DNA of 36,055 nucleotides, taken from positions 1 to 36,055 of the IMG/VR virus record IMGVR_UViG_3300044638_005324; one strand, given 5' to 3'. Every line of letters starts with the position of its first letter. Positions within the stretch are counted from its first letter, which is position 1. Positions 28,408 to 35,367 of the stretch are shown here, piece by piece. The position numbers and the translations under genes were made by a program. The notes under the pieces were generated by a model. That model worked only from the letters and a program-made list of their open reading frames with translations, had not been told where the DNA came from and did no database searches. The stretch comes from a virus. Taxonomy: Duplodnaviria > Caudoviricetes.

Positions 28408-28668
28408 TCATTGAACATTCACGTTCCCACTTTTGAAGTAATTTCTGTAATAGATATACGTTGAATAAACATCTCTTTCCCATTCAAACAAATCCTCACT
28501 TGTGAAGTAATTTCTGTAATAGATACATGTCGAATAAACATCTTTGTTCCTCATTTGTTTCCTTACAAACGTCGAAGCAATTCTTTTGATTTGTGTATTA
28601 TCCGCATAAAAAGACTTTACAAAAACACCATTAATAAATATTACAGCATACATATATAATACCTCCAA
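28408..28668 (-). CDS. Hypothetical protein with an internal duplication
   Basis: DVYSTCIYYRNYF / DVYSTYIYYRNYF. The start is probably 28653 (GGAGGT RBS). Confidence 0.6.
   Translation of the reverse strand: MEVLYMYAVIFINGVFVKSFYADNTQIKRIASTFVRKQMRNKDVYSTCIYYRNYFTSEDLFEWERDVYSTYIYYRNYFKSGNVNVQ
28434..28543. repeat. 41-bp direct repeat x2 (69-bp period)
   Basis: 28434-28474 vs 28503-28543, with three transition differences. Confidence 0.9.
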
Positions 28669-28679
28669 TTTTATATTAG

Positions 28680-28790
28680 TTATCTCTTAATCCAATTGAC
28701 CAGTAAGCCACAAACGGAGACCAATAATAAGAAAAACCCAACAATAGATATCAAAGATAAAAAACCTAATAATAACGCTACGACAATCAT
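28680..28790 (-). CDS. 36-aa single-TM peptide
   Basis: MIVVALLLGFLSLISIVGFFLLLVSVCGLLVNWIKR after GGGAGGT; not in the ORF track. Confidence 0.55.
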   Translation of the reverse strand: MIVVALLLGFLSLISIVGFFLLLVSVCGLLVNWIKR

Positions 28791-28862
28791 ACTTTACTAC
28801 ACCTCCCAAAGCTTCCCATATCCATGCTAGAAACATATTAAACCTCCTTTCGGAGAACCGAA

Positions 28863-29084
28863 TTAACGGCTCTCCTTTATTAATTTTAAATGCTCATTGT
28901 TAATCAGCGACATGAACTCTACTATTTGTTCTTCGGTCATGAACAAAGTAAAGTCACCTTGTGACATGTAATCTCTTGTTGCACTTACTGAAATCGAAAC
29001 AACAGTTTTACCTGATACTTCGAATTTTCTCATTCCTACTTCAAATGAGTTATCCTTCAGATGCATAGATGATGACATTGACAT
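28863..29084 (-). CDS. Hypothetical early protein
   Basis: AAGGAGGTG RBS. Confidence 0.7.
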   Translation of the reverse strand: MSMSSSMHLKDNSFEVGMRKFEVSGKTVVSISVSATRDYMSQGDFTLFMTEEQIVEFMSLINNEHLKLIKESR

Positions 29085-29085
29085 A

Positions 29086-29286
29086 TTAATTCACCTCCTT
29101 CATTAGGTTATTATAAACTTCTACTACTTCTTCATAGCATGTTTCAGCTATGTACTCTAAAATCTCTTCATAAGGTTCATCGGGAACCCCATCGACTATC
29201 CATTGATAATAGATGTCTTCATCACCTATATCAATAATATTGTCGTGCATCGTTACTAACATTGCTACCTTCTCTTGTACTGTCAT
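29086..29286 (-). CDS. Acidic early protein downstream of hammerhead B
   Basis: GAGGAGG RBS; IGDEDIYYQWIVDGVPDEP. Confidence 0.75.
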   Translation of the reverse strand: MTVQEKVAMLVTMHDNIIDIGDEDIYYQWIVDGVPDEPYEEILEYIAETCYEEVVEVYNNLMKEVN

Positions 29287-29309
29287 TTTAATTCCTCCTC
29301 ATAATTACT

Positions 29310-29359
29310 GACCTCGTCAGGTAGTGCTATACACTACTACGTCTCACGACGTTTCGGTC
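29310..29359 (-). ncRNA. Type II hammerhead ribozyme B
   Basis: Minus strand: GACC GAAA CGUC-GUGA-GACG UA^ GUAGUG-UAUAG-CACUAC CUGACGA GGUC. The core is complete, all three stems are Watson-Crick, and the cleavage triplet is GUA. Confidence 0.93.
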
Positions 29360-29361
29360 TA

Positions 29362-29580
29362 TTAATCTTTCCAAAACTCTTTGTATATATCACTTCTTGC
29401 CATCTCTGTATGATTACGTAAGATAACCCAGTAATCAAACAAGCTAGTTAATTGCTTACCTTGGAATCCTAATGACTCCATGTATTCGTAAATCTTTGAC
29501 ATGTTGTACTCCAATGCTTCCATGGTCATTAAGAATTCATGTTCATCCATCTTACTCAATTCTTTGCCATTGTATTTCAT
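29362..29580 (-). CDS. Hypothetical early protein (between the two ribozymes)
   Basis: MKYNGKELSKMDEHEF...; GGGGG RBS; the stop codon is 2 nt before hammerhead B. Confidence 0.7.
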   Translation of the reverse strand: MKYNGKELSKMDEHEFLMTMEALEYNMSKIYEYMESLGFQGKQLTSLFDYWVILRNHTEMARSDIYKEFWKD

Positions 29581-29582
29581 GT

Positions 29583-29792
29583 CTAATTCCCCCATTCCCA
29601 TGATTCTAGGATAGTTATGCAATCAGTGTAGAAAGAGCCTTCAGTAACTCCACAATGTCTAGCTGAGATACTACCATCTTTCTCAGCAAAGAACTGAACT
29701 TCAGCTTCCTGAAGTTCTGAATACACGGTCATAGAACCGTTTTTAATAATTGTTGCAGGATTGTATTCAATCCCAAGGTAGTAATAATTCAT
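29583..29792 (-). CDS. Hypothetical early protein downstream of hammerhead A
   Basis: GAGGAGG RBS. Confidence 0.7.
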   Translation of the reverse strand: MNYYYLGIEYNPATIIKNGSMTVYSELQEAEVQFFAEKDGSISARHCGVTEGSFYTDCITILESWEWGN

Positions 29793-29818
29793 GTCTAATT
29801 CCTCCTCTTATTACTGAT

Positions 29819-29868
29819 GTCCTCATCAGCTAGTGCTATACACTAGGACGCTTCACAGCGTTTCGGAC
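29819..29868 (-). ncRNA. Type II hammerhead ribozyme A
   Basis: Minus strand: GUCC GAAA CGCU-GUGA-AGCG UC^ CUAGUG-UAUAG-CACUAG CUGAUGA GGAC. The core is complete and the cleavage triplet is GUC. Confidence 0.93.
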
Positions 29869-29875
29869 TGTTTAG

Positions 29876-29921
29876 GTACTTACTAATTAACTAGTTAATT
29901 AACTAATTAATTAGTAAATAC
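29876..29921. repeat. 46-bp near-perfect AT-rich palindrome
   Basis: GTACTTACTAATTAACTAGTTAA|TTAACTAATTAATTAGTAAATAC, with two mismatched pairs. Confidence 0.85.
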
Positions 29922-29940
29922 TCAATGAGCATTTACTTAT

Positions 29941-29983
29941 AAAAAAAAAAAAAAAAAAGAAAAACCTTAGCTTACGCTAAGGT
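29941..29983 (-). terminator. Intrinsic terminator with a very long U tract
   Basis: ACCUUAGC-GUAA-GCUAAGGU followed by UUUUC and U18. The stop codon of the upstream gene lies in the loop. Confidence 0.85.
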
Positions 29984-30295
29984 CACTGATACAAAGTAGA
30001 ATCTTCTGTTATCTTCTCTAATAACTTGTAACAATTCCTCTTTGTTACTTACACAAACGAATCTTGCTTTGCCTTTATATCCATAGTTGAATCTAACACT
30101 CTTACCTAATTCAAAGTGCTTACCAACTTCTATAAGAGCTTCAGTATGAACACCAGCTTTAACCGTCTCAGTAGTTAGTCCTTTTACAGCTAACTTGATA
30201 GTAATAGGCTTATACTTCTCTTTAGGAGCAATAACTTTATAACCTAAATTCACTAACACTTCAATTGCTTTTTGTTCTTGAGATACTTTAGACAT
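29972..30295 (-). CDS. First early gene, basic hypothetical protein
   Basis: MSKVSQEQKAIEVLVNLGYKVIAP...; K/V-rich; the RBS is weak, so the start is uncertain (30313 possible). Confidence 0.65.
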   Translation of the reverse strand: MSKVSQEQKAIEVLVNLGYKVIAPKEKYKPITIKLAVKGLTTETVKAGVHTEALIEVGKHFELGKSVRFNYGYKGKARFVCVSNKEELLQVIREDNRRFYFVSVTLA

Positions 30296-30349
30296 ATACA
30301 CACAACCAATCATAAGAGAGTCGGCGAGTCGTCCTCAACCGCTGACCAC

Positions 30350-30378
30350 AGTATGGCACAAAAAGTTTTCGATTTCAT
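30350..30378 (-). promoter_or_regulatory. Putative early promoter
   Basis: ATGAAA-N17-CATACT with a TGTG extended -10, just upstream of the first - strand gene. Confidence 0.45.
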
Positions 30379-30383
30379 GCAAG

Positions 30384-30514
30384 TTATCCACAGAGTTATC
30401 CACAGCTGCAATGAGTGTTATTCAGGGTTGTCCACAACTGTCAACTATAAGTCCTGTGCATAAGTGCCATATTCCACTAAAATTGTGGATAACTATAGAT
30501 AAGCATGTGCATAA
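30384..30514. promoter_or_regulatory. Cluster of six DnaA boxes
   Basis: TTATCCACA at 30384 and 30396, TTGTCCACA at 30428, TGTGCATAA at 30455, TGTGGATAA at 30484, TGTGCATAA at 30506. Confidence 0.8.
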
Positions 30515-30742
30515 GTCCTTGAGCAAAGAAATACCATTTCCTTCCAAAAGTTTGTATAGTGTAGGGTTTTTAATGTATAGTGTTTGCTTGTTAAGATATA
30601 AATATATATATAGTAATTACAGATATAGACCCATGTCACCCATACAGGCGTCCATGGTTTATTATTATTACATCATATACAAATTGACACTTTACCTTTA
30701 TCCCAATAATTTCCAGTAAATAGACATAAAAAAAGACGAAAT

Positions 30743-30777
30743 CCCTTTCCCCTCCCTTACAATCCCTCCCCTATCCC
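30743..30777 (-). other. G-quadruplex-forming motif
   Basis: Minus strand GGG-ATA-GGGG-A-GGG-ATTGTAA-GGG-A-GGGG-AAA-GGG (six G tracts). Confidence 0.6.
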
Positions 30778-30782
30778 TAAAC

Positions 30783-30823
30783 TCATTTGAACTTAATCAT
30801 TTGAATTTAATCTTTTGAACTTA
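30783..30823. repeat. 14-bp tandem repeat x3
   Basis: TCATTTGAACTTAA TCATTTGAATTTAA TCTTTTGAACTTA. Confidence 0.8.
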
Positions 30824-31000
30824 TCTTTTAATTATTTAAATACTAAATACATTCGACATTAAAGATACGATATCCTTCTAACAAAAGTATTATAGATGTG
30901 AACAATTTGTGAACACTATAAAACATTGATAAATAAAAGAGGAAGAGGTAAAATGAAACAAAGAAGTCCAAAAAAAATTTTTTGAAAAAATGAGGTAAAC

Positions 31001-32383
31001 ATGAAAATAGCTATTAACCCTTACCCAAGACAGATAGAGTTCTTTAAGAGTAAAGCTAGGTACATTGCATACGGAGGTGCTAGAGGTGGAGGCAAGTCAT
31101 GGGCAGCACGTATGAAGGCAGTGTTACTTGCGATTCGTTACGATGGCGTACAGATACTTCTGCTGAGACGTTCATTAAAAGAGTTACGAGAAAACCACGT
31201 TCTCCCGCTTCAAAAGGTATTAAAAGAAATTGCTCACTTCTCAGAAATGAATAAAGAGTTTTCTTTTAAGAATGGTTCTCGTATCGTACTTGGTTACTGT
31301 TCAACTGAGTCAGATGTGCTTCAGTATCAAGGACAAGCATATGATGTTATTTTCTTGGAAGAAGCTACGCAATTTACGGAAATGCAGTTCCGTACATTTA
31401 CAGAATCTAATCGTTCAAGTGGACAGATGAAAGAAAGATTTTCACCACGGATGTACTTTACTTGTAACCCAGGCGGAGTTGGTCATAACTGGGTAAAACG
31501 ACTATTCATTGATAAAGTCTACATTGGTAAGGAAAAAGCAGAGAACTATCATTTCGTTAAGTCCACAGTTTATGACAATAAGTATTTGATGGAGAATAAC
31601 CCTGAATATGTAGAAAACTTAGAAAACCTTCCCGATGCACGTAAACGAGCCATGTTGTATGGAGATTGGGATGCTTTCGAAGGACAATACTTTGAAGAGT
31701 TTAGTCACGATGTACATGTGTGCGATGCTTTTGAAATTCCTCAATACTGGGACAAATACGTTTCATTAGATTACGGATTAGATATGTTAGCAGTATATTG
31801 GTACGCCACCGACTCTCAAGGAAACACATTTGCTTACAGAGAGTTCTGTGAACCTAATTTAATTATTAGTGATGCTTGTAAACGCATATTATCTTTAACC
31901 AAAGAACAAATCAAAACATTTTACGCACCACCTGACTTATGGAACAGAAGACAAGATACAGGTAAGAGTGCAGCAGAGGTCTTTCAAGAGAATGGAATCT
32001 TTTTAACTAAGTCTAATAATGATAGAATACAGGGATGGTATAACGTAAAAGAATGGCTGCAAGTTTTAAAAGTCAAAGATGAACAAACTGGTGAGGAGAA
32101 AAATAGTACACGCTTGAAAATTTGGAAGAATTGTGCTATCCTTATTAAGAATTTACCATTACTACAACATGATGACAAAAAACCTAATGATATTTCAAAT
32201 GAACCTCACGAAATCACTCATAGCCCCGATGCATTGCGGTATTTTTGCTCAATGCGTACACCACCATCACAAAAAACTGTCGCAAAAGCCGTAAAAGGTG
32301 CGTTTGATAAATTCTTTAAAGAAGATACAGCGAATGAATATCAAATACATGACAGTTACGTTAAATATGGAGGTTGGAAATGA
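31001..32383 (+). CDS. terL: Terminase large subunit
   Basis: Walker A YGGARGGGKS, Walker B IFLEEA, TCNPGG, and nuclease motifs SLDYG and THSPDALRY. Confidence 0.95.
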   Translation: MKIAINPYPRQIEFFKSKARYIAYGGARGGGKSWAARMKAVLLAIRYDGVQILLLRRSLKELRENHVLPLQKVLKEIAHFSEMNKEFSFKNGSRIVLGYCSTESDVLQYQGQAYDVIFLEEATQFTEMQFRTFTESNRSSGQMKERFSPRMYFTCNPGGVGHNWVKRLFIDKVYIGKEKAENYHFVKSTVYDNKYLMENNPEYVENLENLPDARKRAMLYGDWDAFEGQYFEEFSHDVHVCDAFEIPQYWDKYVSLDYGLDMLAVYWYATDSQGNTFAYREFCEPNLIISDACKRILSLTKEQIKTFYAPPDLWNRRQDTGKSAAEVFQENGIFLTKSNNDRIQGWYNVKEWLQVLKVKDEQTGEEKNSTRLKIWKNCAILIKNLPLLQHDDKKPNDISNEPHEITHSPDALRYFCSMRTPPSQKTVAKAVKGAFDKFFKEDTANEYQIHDSYVKYGGWK

Positions 32384-32625
32384 GTTATTCTTTTGAAATT
32401 ATTATCTTTTTACTATTGATAGTTAACATTTTAATTAATTTGTACATTTATAAAGAAATTATTCTTAACTTCACAAAAAAAGAACAACCTATTTATATAG
32501 AAAAACAAGTTGAACTCAAAACAAACAAAACAAAAAACAAAGAAGAGTCAGAAGAAGATAAAATCATAAGTGGTCTGAACAACCTATTAGTATATGATGG
32601 CAGTCCGACTTCCAAAAAGGAGTAA
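32380..32625 (+). CDS. Small protein with an N-terminal TM helix
   Basis: Hydrophobic N-terminus; ATGA overlap with terL; GGAGGT RBS; C-terminal GLNNLLVYDGS. Confidence 0.65.
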   Translation: MSYSFEIIIFLLLIVNILINLYIYKEIILNFTKKEQPIYIEKQVELKTNKTKNKEESEEDKIISGLNNLLVYDGSPTSKKE

Positions 32626-32628
32626 TAG

Positions 32629-34350
32629 ATGGCTAAAAAACCTTCTCCTTCATTTAATTCACAAGAAACAGAAGAATGGAAACAGTATCAAGCGGGTATA
32701 GACTACAACCACAAAATAGATTTATACCAAACAGTAAATAAAAATGAGCGTTTTTATGCAGGTGACCAATGGAATGGTGTCGTTTCAAACGGACTTCCAA
32801 CACCTGTTTTCAACATATTAAAAAGAATTATTAATTACTTCGTCTCCTCTATTTTGAGTCAAAATGTTACCATGCACTTTGTACCTGAAGCAGTAAGTGC
32901 TGAAACTCCTGAAGATGAAGAGAAACTTAAAAAAGCTGCACAATTAATTAGTGATTATTCAACAACACTTTGGGAAAAAAACAAAATGAATTTTAAACTT
33001 CGTCAATGGTTATTGGATGCAGCAGTAAGCGGAGATGCGTGTGGTTACATATATTGGAATGCAAACATCGATGCAGGACAAGCAGCTAAAGGTGATATTG
33101 ATGTAGACAGAATTGACAATGTAAATGTATTTTTTGGTGACCCAAACGAAAAAGAAGTTCAGAAACAAAGATACATCATTATATCAGCTCGTGAGTTAGT
33201 AGCTAACTTACAAGATGAAGCTAGAGCAAATGGAATATCAGAAGATGAAATTTTAAAAATCGGTTCAGATGAAGAAACATTTTATCAATCAGGTGACCGC
33301 TCACAGATACAGTTAGACTATCGTTTCGATGGGTTTGGAAAAACAACTTCATTAATTAAGATGTACAAAAAAGACGGAAAAATTTTTGCTAAAAAGATTA
33401 CTAAGTTCACAACGATTCGTAAAGAGTGGGATACCAAACTTACTCTGTATCCTGTAACTTTGATGAATTGGGATGTACGCAAGAACTCCTATCATGGACA
33501 AGCACTTGTGACTGGAATTATCCCTAACCAAATTTTCATTAACAAAATGTTCGCAATGGCAATGATGTCGTTGATGCACACTGCTTTCCCTAAAGTAATA
33601 TACAATAAAAATATGATTACAGCTTGGAACAATCAAATCGGTGCAGCAATCGGAATTGAAAGAATGGGTAACGAATCTGTTGGAAACGTAGCTCAATACC
33701 TAAACCCTGGAACTATGTCAGGTCAAGTTATGCAAACGATTGATTTAGCTATTAACTATACAAAAGACATGCTAGGTGCTAACGATAACTTGCTAGGAGA
33801 CATTAACCCCGAAAGAGCATCGGGTCGTTCGATTATAGCGGTTCAACAAGCATCTGCGGTACCATTAGAAAATATCAAACAAAACATGTATCAATTCTTA
33901 GAAGACATGGGTTATATATGGTTGGATTACATCACTAACTATTACGGAACTCGGAAGATTGATGCTGAAATATTAGGTCAAAGACAAATCGTTGAATTTA
34001 ATTTTGATGATATTAAGAACATGAAGTTCCGTTTAAAGATTGAAGTTGGTGCTTCTTCTTACTGGTCTGAACTTGCTTCGATTGAAACTTTAGATAGATT
34101 GTTGCAACAAGAAGCAATTACATTCAAACAATACCTAGAGAGAATACCAACAGGATTAATTGCACAAAAACAATCATTGCTTGAAGAAATTAAAGGTGAA
34201 GATACTAGAAAACAGTTTATATATGAACAGTTGGCTAGATTCTTAGAAACACTTCCTCCAGAACAACAACAACAAATTCAACAGTTATCTCCTGAAGAAC
34301 AAGAAGCACAGTTAATGAATATGATGATGCAAGGTGGTGAAATGCAGTGA
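32629..34350 (+). CDS. Portal protein (P22-like)
   Basis: NERFYAGDQW...PVFNILKRIINY...SGRSIIAVQQAS; 573 aa; lies between terL and the scaffold gene. Confidence 0.88.
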   Translation: MAKKPSPSFNSQETEEWKQYQAGIDYNHKIDLYQTVNKNERFYAGDQWNGVVSNGLPTPVFNILKRIINYFVSSILSQNVTMHFVPEAVSAETPEDEEKLKKAAQLISDYSTTLWEKNKMNFKLRQWLLDAAVSGDACGYIYWNANIDAGQAAKGDIDVDRIDNVNVFFGDPNEKEVQKQRYIIISARELVANLQDEARANGISEDEILKIGSDEETFYQSGDRSQIQLDYRFDGFGKTTSLIKMYKKDGKIFAKKITKFTTIRKEWDTKLTLYPVTLMNWDVRKNSYHGQALVTGIIPNQIFINKMFAMAMMSLMHTAFPKVIYNKNMITAWNNQIGAAIGIERMGNESVGNVAQYLNPGTMSGQVMQTIDLAINYTKDMLGANDNLLGDINPERASGRSIIAVQQASAVPLENIKQNMYQFLEDMGYIWLDYITNYYGTRKIDAEILGQRQIVEFNFDDIKNMKFRLKIEVGASSYWSELASIETLDRLLQQEAITFKQYLERIPTGLIAQKQSLLEEIKGEDTRKQFIYEQLARFLETLPPEQQQQIQQLSPEEQEAQLMNMMMQGGEMQ

Positions 34351-34478
34351 AAGATATGAAAAACAAAGTAGGAATGATGATGGCTGTGATGATGGGTAAA
34401 AAGCCAACAAAAGCATCTGTAAAGAAAACAGCTTCAAGAACAATTGGCAAATCGTATGCAAAAGGTAAAAAAATGTAA
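34347..34478 (+). CDS. 43-aa K/M-rich basic peptide
   Basis: GTGA overlap with the portal stop; MKDMKNKVGMMMAVMMGKKPTKASVKKTASRTIGKSYAKGKKM; not in the ORF track. Confidence 0.55.
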   Translation: MKDMKNKVGMMMAVMMGKKPTKASVKKTASRTIGKSYAKGKKM

Positions 34479-34483
34479 TACAT

Positions 34484-34590
34484 TGTATTACTGTGGGAGA
34501 CACCACGTTAAAATACAGAGTTAAACTTCCTTAGCTAGTTATTGAAATTTAAAGCTAAGACCAAATTTTGCTCACCATAGCAAAGGAGAT
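34484..34590 (+). promoter_or_regulatory. Structured leader of the scaffold gene
   Basis: TGTATT/AATACA encloses GTGG-GAGACA-CCAC; CTTAGCT/AGCTAAG hairpin; TTTGCT-CACCAT-AGCAAA hairpin abuts the GGAG RBS. Confidence 0.45.
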
Positions 34591-34594
34591 TATC

Positions 34595-35353
34595 ATGGAA
34601 ACGATGTTAGATGACAACCAAATCATCGAAAATGAAATAGGAACAAATATTGAAAACGAGGGTTCGGAAAATATATCTCAAGAAGATTATCTTGAAATTA
34701 AATATAATAAAGAATCCTTACGTTTAGATAAGGAAAAAGCTCGTGAGTTAGCTCAAAAGGGCATGAATTACGAGAAAGCTGTAGAAAGAGCAAGACAAGA
34801 AGCACGTGATGCGTATATTGCTGAACAAGGATATGAATGGGAAGGTCGTTCCATTACAACTGAAACGGAATATAGAGAAGCATTGCGAGAACAAGAACTT
34901 CTTCAGCAATATCAGAGCTATGATGTACCTGAAGAAATTGTTCAAGAATTAATTGAAAACAAAAAGTTTCGTGAAAAATACGAAACTGAGCAACAACGTG
35001 TTGAACGTGAAAAATCTCAAGAACAAGATTTCCAATATTTTTTAGAAACTTATCCAGACGTAAAAGCAGAAGAAATACCCGCTTCAGTTTGGCAAGAAGT
35101 AGAAAATGGTAAGTCTTTAATTGATGCTTACATGAAACACGAAAATAAGATTTTAAAAGAACAATTAGGCAAAACCAATAAATTAGAAACTATTTCTCAA
35201 CGTAATCAAGAAAATGCATCTGCTTCGATTGGTGCTATTAAATCTAATGGAGAATCTGCACCTTTCTTTACTAAAGAACAAGTTTCTAAAATGAACACTA
35301 AAGAAGTAAACAAAAATTGGAAGTCAATAAATGAATCCATGAAAAAATGGTAG
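34595..35353 (+). CDS. Capsid scaffolding protein
   Basis: Acidic coiled-coil protein (ELAQKGMNYEK; FLETYPDVKAEEIP; FFTKEQVSKM...WKSINESMKKW) directly upstream of the coat gene. Confidence 0.8.
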   Translation: METMLDDNQIIENEIGTNIENEGSENISQEDYLEIKYNKESLRLDKEKARELAQKGMNYEKAVERARQEARDAYIAEQGYEWEGRSITTETEYREALREQELLQQYQSYDVPEEIVQELIENKKFREKYETEQQRVEREKSQEQDFQYFLETYPDVKAEEIPASVWQEVENGKSLIDAYMKHENKILKEQLGKTNKLETISQRNQENASASIGAIKSNGESAPFFTKEQVSKMNTKEVNKNWKSINESMKKW

Positions 35354-35367
35354 AGGAGAAATTATAA

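Noticed and set aside
28434-28543. DGR template/variable repeat pair or mini-CRISPR
   Set aside because: There are only two copies, in frame within one ORF. The differences are not all adenines in one copy (A/G, G/A, A/G), and no reverse transcriptase or cas gene is present.
30684-30712. SigA promoter for the late arm (TTGACA at 30684)
   Set aside because: The -35 is perfect but the -10 at 17 bp is only TAATTT, and AATAAT is at 15 bp. It is possible but too weak to call.
30272-30719. Plus-strand ORFs 30272-30463 and 30411-30719
   Set aside because: No RBS, atypical composition, and they overlap the DnaA-box region, so they are probably spurious.
30852-30858. Spo0A box (TTCGACA) upstream of terL
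   Set aside because: A single 7-mer is expected by chance in 36 kb and has no supporting second site.
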